From NCBI GenBank assembly GCA_964187785.1, contig OZ076409.1, positions 37,574,001 through 37,638,000 on the forward strand: 64,000 nt of DNA, written 5' to 3'. This DNA comes from Amphiscolops sp. MND2022 (lineage: Eukaryota). Shown here piece by piece: positions 48,861 to 62,212 of this stretch; position 1 is the first letter of the stretch, and every line of letters starts with the position of its first letter. Both the position numbers and the translations under genes were made by a program. The notes under the pieces are model-generated. The model was not told the origin of the DNA. It did no database searches and saw only the letters and a list, made by a program, of their open reading frames with translations.

Positions 48861-50524
48861 CTGCAGACAAAAAAAACAATGAAACTTATGAGCAAGCAAA
48901 TAGTGCCCGGTTCAAGACACAACTAACGAAAAGTCCTGAAATTTGTTTCGAAATAGCCACAGTACTTCTGTAAGTATTCAAACATTGAAATAGCTGTGCA
49001 AATAATTGATCAGACTACAAATATATTTCGGAATGTGTGAAGCCAGTGTGTAGCTCGACTTAAAAATAAATCTCTAGAACATTACATCAGGTCTCAAAAT
49101 ATTCCACGATCAATTGGAATAAAAACGAGTGGGTTCTGTTGCAACCACTTAAACACCTGTGCAACATATGTTAGCCGACTCTACTTTTTGCGTTTCGCTA
49201 CTTCACTGGGAATCAATCGAACACATTTATATTTATATACACAACGATAATTTCAGCGGAATTGGCTGACTCAAAGATTCAGAAGTGTGCAAGCATTTGG
49301 CATTGTAATGGAAACACTTTGAGTGCTAAAAACGGCGTAATATCTAAACGAATTTTAAACTTCAAGAGAAAGCGCTCCTGTTGGGCAAGTGGTGTAACTA
49401 GGGTTTCAGCTGAAGATAAAATACTACTTCGTACATTAGTGAGTTTTGGGGAAAATTCAGTTTCAGGTCTTGCTCTTGCTTGGTCTCTCGAGATCATTGC
49501 TCGTGCTTGAATTTAAAGCGAGATACAATTTCTCCCTTTTCAAGCTTTTAGCAAAGCTTGTTTATTTGTTGTAGACAAAATCTAAATTGTAGAATAATCA
49601 GACGAAATTTGTTGTAGATGTTTTTAGGTTTATTTCGAACTTTTTGGTGTGGCTTAAAATTTACAGAGCTTTGAAGAGGCCAAGTCTCGTAACATTAATA
49701 TTTTCATTCATGGTATCAAAACCGAAGGCGCAACCGAAGCCCAATCACCTCTCAAACGACTTGGAGAAATGAAATGAAGATTAAACATTTTTCGAGATTG
49801 GTAGAACTTTTAGCCTTTTCTTCTTTTGCATCACAGACTAAAATGGGTAAATTTTTCTATAAAACCCTCCTCCTTGAGTTAACACTATTGCGGTTTCTTG
49901 ACCACATGTAAAATGCGCTTCAGAATTAGGTCAACTGAAGTGCATCGCTAATTCATTCAGCATGAGGTAATTTTCTGTGCTTTCAAGCAGTAACAGTAGT
50001 ACCCTCAAGCATTTGCATAATTTATTGACATTGTACCCACGGGCTGTCAAAAATTGCCTACTAATATTATTTCATGATCACTAGACTGTAAAATTTTCCT
50101 GAATTTTAACAAATCTAGAATTTAAAAGGTTTGCACACAAAGTCTACGACTAGATTTTGCTTGTTCTTTGCGGAGAATCGTCGGAATTTTTAGCAATTAC
50201 ATGGAAATTAACTGAAAAAGTTCATTTTTCAATGTGAGTTCAGCACTATGTCAACTATAGCTGACCTTTAGACCATACTAATTAAATTCAAGATAATGTT
50301 CAACATCAAAATAGGCGTAAGATTAAATCGTATAATACTGTTAATTTAGTGCTATGTAATGATTTTTCCAACTTCCAAATTTGAACTATTCGATCGACAG
50401 AGAAAAAAATGGTGGTTAATTTTTCCAACGATTTCACCGCAGTAAAGTCATGACGTGACACTCATTACAGATATAAGTATCGATAAAAGCATTTCTATAT
50501 ATAAGTATACTCATAACATACTTC

Positions 50525-50934
50525 GGCTCTTTTCTGTTTTCCCCCCCACCATCAAAATTTTTGAAAAAAATTCCCTAAAAAACTTTAGACTAGCCTAATT
50601 AAAAGTAAAACATGTTTCATGACGGGAAGTTAACGTCTATTGGAACAATTTTTAGCTTGAACAAAACATTGTTCACACATTTTGACTCTAATTATGTTCG
50701 TATTAAGTGTTTATTGATGAATCAAAACAGGAAGCTGTTGATTTTTTCATCAAAAAAAGCGTGACTGCATACGGAAAAAGAGTGAACAAAGTTTGTATTT
50801 GAATCCTAACCTGTCACACTGAGAATAAATTTTAAATTGAAGCTTTCTGGTTGGTATTCAAATCTTTTTAATATAAGATTTTCATTAATTTTTCAAAAAA
50901 ATTATTGGTGGTGGGGGGAAAACAGAAAAGAGCC
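50525..50934. mobile_element. 410-bp MITE with 8-bp TSD in a GPCR intron
   Basis: TIR GGCTCTTTTCTGTTTTCCCCCC..; TSD CATACTTC on both sides; same family as 25746-26155. Confidence 0.9.
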
Positions 50935-51422
50935 CATACTTCTATAAAAAGCTCCATAATATTGGTCTACCGTAATGAGTTTCAATTTGAATGGATGTAC
51001 GATTTGCGGTAATTGGCTCGTTTTCATGCTGTGCAATTCATTCCATTCGATATTTTCAGAATGGTGTTAGCTCGTTAAAGAGTAAATCATTATGGATTTG
51101 GTGATTTTGTATATCAAAAACTTGCTCATTAAGGATTCTTTTCATTATAAAATTTTCAATTATATTATAATAATGCTGCAAGTTGAGGTATACCTAGTAT
51201 TATAATGTAATCGAAAATTTTAAAAAAATCTTTGAAAAAAGATATAAAAGTTACTATCTGCCTCGCTCGAGCTTTTCACTCAATGAGATGGGAATTTAAT
51301 CAATGATGAAGACGCTGGCAGGTTATGAGCCTTCAATTTTTTGAAGCCAAGTTTTTGTAATTATTCATAGTAATAATATTTTTATTATAATTATTATAAA
51401 TTTATAAAAAAAACTGTTTTAC

Positions 51423-51624
51423 CCAAGATATGTGAGGAAACTGGATCGCGCAGCAGGGGAGTACTCGAAGACCAGGGTGAGAGTCCAGAAGGGAAAGTAG
51501 CAGATCCAGAACGTGGAAATGATGGCCAGTACCAGTATCACCATGCGCATGTTCAGGCTGCGTCTCCTCAGTCCGGGGTTATTGGCCGCGTGCGAGTTGA
51601 ACTGCTGGTTACGATCCCGGATAG
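51423..51624 (-). CDS. Class A GPCR exon: ICL3, TM6, ECL3 (missed by ORF track)
   Basis: AIRDRNQQ...RRRSLNMRMVMILVLAIISTFWICYFPFWTLTLVFEY (FxxCxxP TM6 motif). Acceptor TTGTTGCAG, donor GG|GTAAAA; phases 1 and 2 fit both neighbours. Confidence 0.88.
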
Positions 51625-53155
51625 CTGCAACAAAAATCGTATCATATTGTCACAAAACCTTAGCGTACTCTAAAACCAGCGTGAATTCCTAATATTATTA
51701 TGGGTTCGTATCACAACTTTCAAAAAAATTACCAGAGACATTTGCGACGAAAAACATACACAATTAAGGCAAGAAGACTCCTACAGCAAAATAGCCCCAG
51801 GTTGCCTCAAGTAACAGGTCATACGAAAACAAATTATTATGGGTCAACCACTACAAAGTTGATGAACTTTTATTGTATTCATCGACCAAAGTGCCAATTT
51901 CTACAGCAATTAATTTGTCCGCCACTGAAGAATGCAAAAAATGTTGAGTGAGAAAAGTTCAAATACAAATAATACTTTCGTCGCCAACAAAAAACGCGCA
52001 TAGTAAGTCATCGAGTTCAGCGAGTAGTTCATAGAGAAGATTTTTTGTTTTTATTCCGTTTCTTTCAAAAAAAATCAGTTGAGACTGAAATCAGCCAGCT
52101 ACCTTCTATCGGCAATATGAGGCATTAAAAGACATGATCTCTGTGATACATTTGTCCATTGAAGTAATTTTTTTCTTAAACCTGTTGCTTCAATGCTAAC
52201 CCGCAGGTCCCACAAAAGCCTTAACTTCTGCATTGGTGTTTGTCGCAACTTTTTAGAGAAGCAACCAACTCCCAGTAAATTTCGTTTTCTTGGTGGGTCG
52301 TCGGATGAAGTATCTTGTTTTCTCTGCAATTTTTTGTTTAAGGGTACAAAAATTACCGCTGTGCTGTTTTTCTCAATTATATATCTGATTTAATTGTGAA
52401 AAACTAAATTTACAGTATTATTTAGTACAATTTGAGAAACAAGGTAGTTACAAAAAGTATTTATAGCTTTTATATACATTGTTTGTTAGTTTGTCCACGA
52501 TACTGAAGTTTCTAGGATGGCGAGAGTTAAGGGGGGATAAAAGATAGTACATTAATTCCATTTGTGATTGTCCTACGTGTTCTGTTTTTCGTGATAATTC
52601 GCCTAATTGATTCCTCGTTGACTTTTGATTCAATATTTGACATTATCACTCACGTCCGAAAAATGAATTCTCCCCGGGGAGCAATTTTTATGGAAAATAA
52701 GTGCCTTCAAGATTTTAATGATCATACGTTCCGTCCTCTCTTCTCAGCTTAAATAATCCCACGGATACGTCTTCGGCTCTTCTTTCTTACTTACACTAGG
52801 CTATTAAAGTTCTAAAATAGGCGATACACCATTTGAAGACAAAAAGTCAGGGAAAATATCAAATGAAGGAGGATAGTTTACGCTGAAGTTTTCCCGAATA
52901 TCATGAAATCAGTCTAAGTATTTGACTTTTGACGACAGAAGTTTTGACAAAAGATTTCAAAATTTTTCTTCGTCAATAGACTAGTCAGTCGAGTATGGTC
53001 AGTTGACTAGCTAATAAAGCTCTGTTTCCATTTATAATGTCAAGCATTGGAGCCGTAGATGGCCTCAAGCAGGATAGTAGGTACTGGAGCTTGTCTCTTC
53101 TCAAGGTAAAGGAAACTTGGCAATTGTATATATATCTTTGTACTGTACCTCACCG

Positions 53156-53966
53156 GGGGTCTGCCCAGTTGCTCCTAATTTAATTGCTTCTAATTTTGAA
53201 ATGACGCGTCGCATCAAATCTGTCTGCTTCTAAAACTAGTTGCTCTTAAAACTACTAGCTTCCAATTTTAGACTATTCTAACGGTGACTATTCAAACCGT
53301 AGAATATTCTAACCGTCGAAAAAATTAAAGTTTTTTAGAGCGTCAAAAAATTTCATAACAGCGATTATCTTCAGCTTACAATTCGAAGAGGTTAGCATAT
53401 TTGTTGTAAGGTTCGGTCGCTTTGCTCCCTTCGCCAAGTAGCAACATTGAGGCATGCCCGGGTCGACCCTCCATGGATATCTTAGTAACATCTTGGCAAG
53501 ATCTTGTCAAGATCTTAGAACAATCTTGGCTAAAATCTTGTCAAGATTTTGCCATGGTATTCATTTTGCCATAGTAAGATCTTATCAAGAGAGCCATGTT
53601 CCCAAGAAAAATTTTATTGTAAAATCCTATTTGACCAGAACAAAACTTCTAAGGAAGTCAACAGCAAAGATGCTAGTACGAGGGTCAACCCGGTTGGCCA
53701 TATGGCACGTCGCTCCGCTTCGCTTCGCTCCTGCATTTAGGGCACTATGGATTTGTGGGCATTATTAGCTGATTACATTATCGTAATTAGTTCGTCGCTT
53801 GTGTTGTATTCATTTTTAGAAGCTACTAGCTTACATTTAGATAAATTAGAAGAAACTAGCTTACATGTAGATAAATTAGAAGCAACTAGCAACTGAAAAA
53901 ATTTAATTGGAAGTAACTAGAATTTTTGATTAGGAGCAAATAAACTAGGAGCAGGTGGACGTCCCC
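53156..53966. mobile_element. Foldback-type element (TTGCT(C/T)CTAA repeats) with nested MITE
   Basis: GGGGTCTGCCCAGTTGCTCCTAATTTAATTGCTTCTAAT ... ATTAGGAGCAAATAAACTAGGAGCAGGTGGACGTCCCC. The central module is shared with ~46445-46590. Confidence 0.7.
53457..53694. mobile_element. Short member of the CCCGGG MITE family
   Basis: CCCGGGTCGACCCTC ... GAGGGTCAACCCGGT; TSD TG. It splits a module that is contiguous at ~46520-46545. Confidence 0.82.
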
Positions 53967-55746
53967 ATTCATATCGATGCATAATCAGTACTGAATGTTC
54001 TCCAGTCATTATAACTAGCGTGATGGAGACATTCTTTTCTGCTCAAGCTACGGAACCTTGGAGTTGATTGGTTTTAATTCGGATTCTAGACAGTTTTACA
54101 GCTCAGATTTTTGAGCGAAGTAGTGCTGTAATTGATTCCTGAAAAACCTAGTTATCAGACATTTCTTAGTCTAGGGTCAGGTCTGGACCAGGATTTTGTG
54201 CCAAGATCTTGCCACGGGTTTTTCCTCTGTCAGACACAGAGCCAGATCTGGTTAAGAAATCTTCGGGGGCGGCGGGCAACCCGGGTGATCATAAAAATTA
54301 AGCATCTATAAACTATAGCTTCTGAATCAACAGTGTTTATACTTGAGCTTGTTTTACCAGGATTGATAGTTTCTTATTCTGTTATTGGCTCGTGATGCAT
54401 TGATAAAACAGTTTTTGAATGAAATGAAATTGAAGAGGAATATGAAAAGATTTCTGTGATGCGGAAAGGACCAAAAGAAGAGCAAATGAAGTGCTGAAAA
54501 TAAATAGGCAGAAAAAGTGTGCGGCAGAAAAACATCGAGGATATGTACCATCAGAATCTTCCGAAAGTTTCAAACTTCAATTTAGATACGCAAAGTCAAA
54601 AACTTCAAAGCTCATTTTAAAAAACGCCAAAATATAACGCTGTATCTAAAATCTGTCTTATAACCGAATCAATAACCGAATATTAATATTATTTGATTCG
54701 GTCATAAGACAAACTTCGGATAAAGCGTTGTTTTTTGCGACGAAAAATTTTTGTGCAGTGACGCTGGACTTTCTGTTAGAACATTTAGTCAACGAAACGT
54801 TTTACAAAACTGAACACTAGGTCAATAAAATCTATTTACCATAAGTCCAGTGGACCTGAATAATTTCTCTTAATCAAATCAGTTACCTTCCAGCCTCGCT
54901 TGTTTGCAAAAAACAAAACAATTAGTGATATTTCGAACTAAAAAAAAGACTATTTCTGTCATATATGCATATGAAGTTCGACAATGACCGTTTGAAAATA
55001 GTATTTAATCATCCTCGCAAAACCCAATATAATTGGGTAGTGTCATGTCCGAAAGCATGAATAGAACGGACGACTACAATCTATAGTCTTCAAAAAACTC
55101 AGAAGCTCTACCATTCACGTAACCAATATTTATGAAGCTATTAGAAGAAAAGATGACTGGCTTAACCGGTCGTCAAGTATTAAGCATTTTCATGCAAACC
55201 AATACAGTTCATGTCTTTCGTTTCATGAAGCATCGATTTGTACAGTCCAGTAGCTAATACTCATAATCGTAAAAGCATCGAAACCCACAGCAACGACTAT
55301 TGTAGTTAGTCATCACTTGTACTTGAAGCGTCGTTTAGTATACATTTAGAAAACATTCTTCGCCATTGTATAATTACAATAACCATGGTTACAAGCTGCA
55401 ATAATTTAGTGCTATTAACACAATGCAATGCAAACCAATTACTACTTACCCAAACTAGTACGTAGGAGGTGCAAAAGAACACTTATGTGCATGTATATTT
55501 CAGTTGATGACGACTACAGCGTGCGGTCGTAATTGCGCTTTAATTAACACCTGATGTAATAACCAACCATAAAGCAGTTACTAACGATGTTTAATTAGAT
55601 GTGAGTACCGGCAAAGGTTACGAGCGAAGTTCAGTGAGATTTTGATAACCACAAAGTACAGACGCTTTCAGTATCAGTTTGAGTTCGATACTGAATCACT
55701 ATTGTATTTCATCAATTTCCTTAAAATCATTCTCGTACTTTTCTAT

Positions 55747-56000
55747 ATGGTGATCACCAGAGCCCAGAGTGCAAACAACAACCAAGCTAGTCCTACTAAT
55801 ATGGATGAATACAGTGACAACGGAAGCGACATTAGTTTGCCTGGATTTAGTTCACAAAACTTTAATGTCTGAAATGATAACCAACAAATTACTGACTGTG
55901 AAAGAGATCATGAAAGGGTTCAAATCGAACAACGATTCAAAGACATGAACCGACAAATAAGGAAACTAACAACCCTTATCGGGAAAAAGCCTCTAGCACA
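55747..56000 (+). pseudogene. Decayed gag-like N-terminus of an LTR retrotransposon
   Basis: MVITRAQ start (MVxTRxQ is common at Gypsy gag N-termini), acidic stretch MDEYSDNGSDISLP, then after a stop the coiled-coil-like ERDHERVQIEQRFKDMNRQIRKLTTL. Confidence 0.4.
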
Positions 56001-56939
56001 AGAGGACAGAGAATTTCTCCAATTTTCATTGTTTGAGAGCTCCAAGTCATTGTGACAGATAGTAACGTTAATACGTAGGATATATGACATTCTTTTTGAT
56101 ATGTGTGTTCTAACAGAAAACGGTAACAATAGTATTGAAGTTTCATTGTATTTTGAAACGCTGTAAGTTCTCTAAGTACTAGTGTTGGCAAACATTTCTC
56201 GGCGATATCTTTTTAAATAGAAGACTATTCAATTATCACCCCACCCTATCAGATAACAGCAGTCTTTTATACGCGTAGACACGTTCTCTCAAGCAGTCAC
56301 GCCATTCGAGGCAAAGAAAGCAGTAATTTTTTTAAAAAAATTGACTGCAAAAATGCATTGATGCTAATAAACGAGGTTTTGACTGATTTATATTATTTTC
56401 ATATTCTAATATGAAAAGTCCATATATCATATTACATCTCTGGCCATGTTAAATTTCAAGTTATTCCGTTCATCAAATCAAAAGTTGCTGCAATTTACTT
56501 TTCTGATTAGTTTCCCAAATACCCTGAATATTACTTCTTTTTAAGCAAAAAAAAATGAAATGATTGTGTGTCATTTCAAGCATGAAACTAAACATAGACG
56601 TGGTAATTTGAAACACCAGGGATAACAAGTATCCTATAGAGCACGGTTTTTGAATAACCTCAATTTTGACTTTACTTCATATCAAGAGTAACAAAGCTCA
56701 CAATTGAATTTTCAATGAAATGGTAGAAAGTAACACATTGTAGTAAATTAGGAGGGGCAAGGACGCTTTTCCATCTCAATGAAGCATGAAGAAAATTTGA
56801 AACGTAGCCACTATACACATCTTCGAATAGAAAAATTTGGAATGTAGCGGAAAATTACGTGGATCTACTCTTTGATTCGCGTTTCATTAAAGAAATATGA
56901 GCGTTTTCTGCATTGAACTTAGAATCTTTGATTAACATT

Positions 56940-57850
56940 GTTTCACAATAGACGCCATTTTTTAGAACATCATTTGACCACCATATTTGTTGGGGTTGCA
57001 AGAATGAAACAGAATGTGACAAACGAGACTTTTGATAGTAGCCTAGGCTTTTGATTGATGCCAATTCCTCAGAAAAAAGCTCATTTTTTCAATCAAGTTT
57101 CTAGCGATTGAAGCAGGCATCGCAATCTCATCTAACTTGTTTGTGAGTGAAGTTTCTGAAATTTTAGTGATTCAATTATTGTGAAAAAACACAGGGCAAT
57201 GAAAATGGCTTTATACTAAAGCTTTCATCTGGTTCAATCTGGTTTTGAAAGACAGGCTTGACTTGATTGTAGATAAAACTTCGATGCTACAAGCTATGTT
57301 TCATGAAAAGAAGAGTTTGGAAATCTATGATGTGCCGGACTTCAAAGATTTTTGTTTTCGTCTGCATATAATTTGCTTTCCCGACTAACTCGGACAACTT
57401 CGATGCATTTTCGTGGCCATGATATTGTAAAGCTTTATGCCAATTGTGGAATCACACTAATAGAAAGCAATGTTAACAGATAGCATTTTCCATTTTCTTT
57501 CATTGGATGTGCTTCAAAAAATTTCATCTCGAACTAAACCATCATTACCATCGGTTGACCGAATGTATTCTCAGCCCTGGTTAAGACCGCTGGAACATTT
57601 TAAATGCTGCAGGCCTGCATGCAGGGTGAACTGTTATAAAACCTGGAAAATTCAGTAAGGTTCCGTTGGTAGATTTAGTAGAATCACATTGCATTTTCCA
57701 CTACTGCAATTGATTTTGAAAATTAGTCCCACTTGAATAACAACACGATGACTTTGTATTCCCACTTTGTTTTGTCAACTACTTATTTCAGATATCTACC
57801 GCTTCTTAAATAAGACGCTAAACACGCTAAACGTGGCGCTAAGTTGTAGT
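56940..57850 (+). pseudogene. Possible highly decayed hAT-like transposase relic
   Basis: Broken reading frames such as KWLYTKAFIWFNLVLKDRL, LSRLTRTTSMHFRGHDI, STTYF and LNTLNVALS follow the order of hAT C-terminal motifs, but each match is weak. Confidence 0.25.
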
Positions 57851-58069
57851 TTATAACGTAGTTTATTATTTTGCATTTGAATGGCGGTGAACTTTATAGG
57901 AACGTATTTGCTTTTAAATTAGAAATGCTTTTTAATGAAACTTTCAAAACTTCAACGCGTAACCTTGCCGCCAAAACTTTGATGATGAATCTTTCGAAAA
58001 GTTTGATACAAGTCAAGTACAACATGAAAAATTTTCGCATGAAAGTTTCCGTAAGTTTTAGAAGATCAT

Positions 58070-58832
58070 CTCGGGTTTCCCGACCAGGCTGATCATAATC
58101 TGACCATAGTATGGCACCATACAAATCATACAAATTTCCTCACTATGATCTTGCCATGATTGGCCTGGAATCATATATGGTCCAGAGTATGGTCAGCCTG
58201 AAATCATAAATGGTCCAGAGTTTGGACAACCTGGAATCATAAAAACCTAAAAATTCAATTATAATCAGATAAATGTTGGTCATGGCAACCACTTGTGCAC
58301 AAAGTGTACAGAAATTTGTTGCCCAGATGCATATGCTGTATTTTTAGGGAGGCACTCAGCTCGTGAGATACATATTATCGCACTTGACGAGACCCACAAC
58401 AAGAACGTGGCCTCCTTCGGGTCTCAAAAAAAGTAAAGCACAACAAGTTTCAGGGGTTTAGTACTGCAGTGAAATCTTAAATCGAATTTAGAGATGTTTA
58501 CCAGTATTTTGGTGGTTGATGCATTTGAATGACTCCAAAACCAGTTTCCTTATCACAGAAAGTTTTTCATGAAACTAAATTAAGTTGCAAAGTAGCCACA
58601 AATTTATCCTTTTTTCCTAACATTTCCCCCAAGTTTTTAATTGTCTCGGGGAAAGGAAAAAGTTCCAAATATTGTTTCGGACCGATCATAGTCTGAACCA
58701 TATATGACCCAGAATATGGTCAGCCTGGAACCATGAACCTTTATGGTCCAGAGTATGATTAGCCTGGAATCATATGGTGAGTATGAGGGCAGAGTATGAT
58801 GGACCTGTTTTTGTATGGGAGAGAAACCCGGG
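58070..58832. mobile_element. MITE with C(T)CGGG..CCCGGG termini and ~32-bp subterminal repeats
   Basis: CTCGGGTTTC / GAAACCCGGG; TSD AT; repeated GGTCCAGAGTATGGTCAGCCTGGAATCAT units. Confidence 0.7.
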
Positions 58833-59134
58833 ATAATAAAAGTTGCTGGTAACATTAAAGTAAATGCAACAAGTTCAAGTAGTTTCAACAAGGGATTAAA
58901 GTGGGTACAAACTTGAACCTTCCAACACTTTTCTCATCGATGGTCACAGATATATATATGAAAACAGCGCTTGAACTGCTTCATAATGTTTTGAGGTAGT
59001 CCAATTGACCTGGCGTAGCATAAGCGATGCTAGAGAGCAACTACAGTTCAATAAAAACAAACAATTTACAAACGCAAGTTACAGCTGGGGGGGGGGGTGT
59101 AAAATGAGGAATTTGAGCGTTAAAATGCTACACA

Positions 59135-59993
59135 CCCAGGTTTTCGATCTTTGCGAATCTGTGCAGATCTGCAGGATTTTTGCAGATCTTTGCAGATATG
59201 TGCAGGTCTGCAGGATTTTTGCAGATCTTTGCAGATATGTGCAAATTCGAAGAAAAATGACCTTATCAGAAACACACTAAAAACCAAACAGCGACGTCAA
59301 ACGAATATTAAAAATGTTTAAAACTCGAGAGAAGTCTCATTTGTGTCAAAATGATGAAACATTTTTCTGCAGCAATCTGTACAGATCTGTAGAGTTTTGC
59401 AGATCTTTACAGATCTTTAGAGATACAAACAATGACCAGTAAATTACTATAACGTATTCCGAGTTACCAGAAATTATTAAAATTACTCCAACAAACCATG
59501 TTCCCGAAATATTACAACAACAACACTTTATCAACACATCTACCAACCCAGAAGGTTGCCACATGTCAAATTTTATCAGTCAAAACAAAGTCAATGATGC
59601 AAACGAGCTTCTCAAAGTTCAACAACCACATCTGCAAAGTTCACGTGAAATGGATAAATTACAGTGTAAAACCAATACGGCTCATTCTCCAGTCACCATA
59701 ACTACCGTGATGGGGACAAAGTTTTCTTCTCGAGAATTTTGAGTGATCGAGAGTATCACATGACTGAGCCTTGGTCAGCTAAAGTAGTTGATGAAGTAGT
59801 TAAAGAAGTCCAAAAATGCAGTCATTGGTTCCTTAGAAGCTGCAGAAAAACATATTTCTGCAAAAATCTTTAAAGAAAATCTGCACACTTCTTCAAAGAT
59901 CTTGCAAATCTGTATGGATCTTCAAGATTCAGTGCAACGATTTTTGCAGAACCCTGCAGATCTGCACAGATTCGCAAGGATCGAAAACCTGGG
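59135..59993. mobile_element. MITE (CCCAGG..CCTGGG, GCAGATCTGC repeats)
   Basis: ~40-bp TIR CCCAGGTTTTCGATCTTTGCGAATCTGTGCAGATCTGCAGG; TSD CA. Confidence 0.9.
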
Positions 59994-60755
59994 CAGCTTT
60001 GTGATGTGTTGTTCAATACTTCAAATATTTCCGTGACGGCCACTGAATCGGCCACTGAATCATCATTTTGCATGTTTCTTGGATTCCATTTTCTATAGTT
60101 TTGTACTAATCAACTTCACGAAAGAAGCATTTCAGTCATAAAAGGTGTGTCCTGGAAACAAAACAAACGTTGTATAAAATCCTCAATTTTCAAACATCCC
60201 TTCTGTCAAGTTGTTCCGTCTTAACGCCAAACCCTAAAAGCTGCTTGAACGTTTCACAAGTTTTGTAGTAGGTTGCAAAGCTAATTTTTCATAATTTTAT
60301 AAAATTCTCAAGGAAACTTCTATGCATTAAAATTTCAGTGATTCGATTTAATTTTATGAAGCTGCCTATACGATGCATGATAAACTTGTCGGCAATTCGG
60401 AGCCGTGAAGTTTCGCAGGTTTCGTTAGGAAGCAGTTCTAATTTTAAAAGCAGCTGGGACCTCATCAATTTCGGAATTCGAATGCAAACAAACCTCTGTC
60501 ACATTATGTTTCAAAGCAGCGTCATTATCAGCGCTATTTGACCAATGATGATTGCATAAGTTAATTACTTGAGAAACAAGCGTGAAAACAAAGTGATCGT
60601 GACGTTGGAGAATCAAATACATTTTCACTAATAGTGGAAGCTGCTTTGTAATCCTACAAGTCTTGTCAAACAGGCTCCCGGAGTTTTACATGTTTTGTGA
60701 TCATTTTGAGTTTTTGTTGTTTTTTGCAGTTTTTTGGTGTTTCTGTTGAGTTTAC

Positions 60756-60909
60756 CTTTGAGGGTCAGTATGTACATGACAGTAGTGACGATGAGGGGAC
60801 TTGCGCAGTCTACAGCATAGAGGGCTGTGAGAAACGCCGTGGTCCAGTTGCCATCGTAAATGACCCCAGAACAGCTGATACGGTTCTCCAAGTACGACGA
60901 ACTCACAAG
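60756..60909 (-). CDS. Class A GPCR exon: ECL2 (Cys) and TM5
   Basis: LVSSSYLENRISCSG...TAFLTALYAVDCASPLIVTTVMYILTLK (TM5 P...Y). Acceptor TTGTTTTAG, donor G|GTAAAC. Confidence 0.85.
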
Positions 60910-61097
60910 CTAAAACAACACACGGTATACTTTTTTCTACTGAAATGGGGAATAACAATAACGTTCAAAGAACAACGGCTCATAAGTTTTGGGGAGAAAC
61001 GTCTAAATGCATGTTATGACCTTTTCAAATCTCAATACATTGATTTGCAGTCGTCATTGCCGGAACAATTTTAGAGTTTGTTAACTTAAATGGTATT

Positions 61098-61947
61098 CCC
61101 AGGTTTTCGATCTTTGCGAATCTGTGCAGATCTGCACGATTTTTGCAGATCTTTGCAGATATGTGCAGATGCGAAGAAAAATGACCTACTTAAAAACACA
61201 ATAGAAATGTCAAACGAATAATAAATATGTTTAAAACCCGAGATAAATCTCATTTATGTCAAAATGATGAAACATTTTTCTGCAGCAATCTGTACAGATC
61301 TGTAGAGTTTTGCAGATCTTTACAGATCTTTAGAGATACAAACAATGACCAGTAAATTACTATAACGTATTCCGAGTTACCAGAAATTATTAAAATTACT
61401 CCAACAAACCATGTTCCCGAAATATTACAACAACAACACTTTATCAACACATCTACCAACCCAGAAGGTTGCCACATGTCAAATTTTATCAGTCAAAACG
61501 AAGTCAATGATGCAAACGAGCTTCTCAAAGTTCAACAACCACATCTGGAAAATTGTATAACCAATATATATCGGTGTATAACCAATACCGCACTTTCTCC
61601 AGTCACCAAAGTTACCGTGATGGGTAAATTTTCGTGGACAAAGTTACCGTGGACAAATTTTCCTTCTTGAGAATTCTGAGTGATGGAGAGTCTCAACTGA
61701 CTGACCCTATGTCAGCTAACATACTCAATAAAGTAGTTGAAGAAGGCCAAAAATTGAGTAAATTGGTTCCTTAGAAGCTGCAGAAAAACATATTTCTGCA
61801 AAAATCTTTAAAGAAAATCTGCAAACTTCTGTAAAGATCTTGCAGATCTGTATGGATCTTCAAGATTCAGTGCACCGATCTTTGCAGAACCCTGCAGAAA
61901 AAAAATCCTGCAGAACTGCACAGATTCGCAAAGATCGAAAACCTGGG
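61098..61947. mobile_element. Second copy of the CCCAGG MITE
   Basis: Same TIR as 59135-59993; TSD TT; long near-identical internal block. Confidence 0.9.
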
Positions 61948-62212
61948 TTCCCACTTCGTATGATGACATCAAGCTTGCGGCCAAGTTGATACATAGTGAG
62001 ATGTAACGACTCATTTTATTCCCAGTACCCACGTTTTCTGGTTTCTCTATTTCATTTTTCCATCCTCTCTTTCACAAATTCATTCACTTTGAAAGTTGTT
62101 GAATTGATGATTTGATCGGGTTATCAATAAGAGTCTACTAAATTTTCATGGCACGCTTATGTCTGAGAGACTAGACACGGCACTGTGAAGAAGAAGACGA
62201 AGAAGTACTCAC

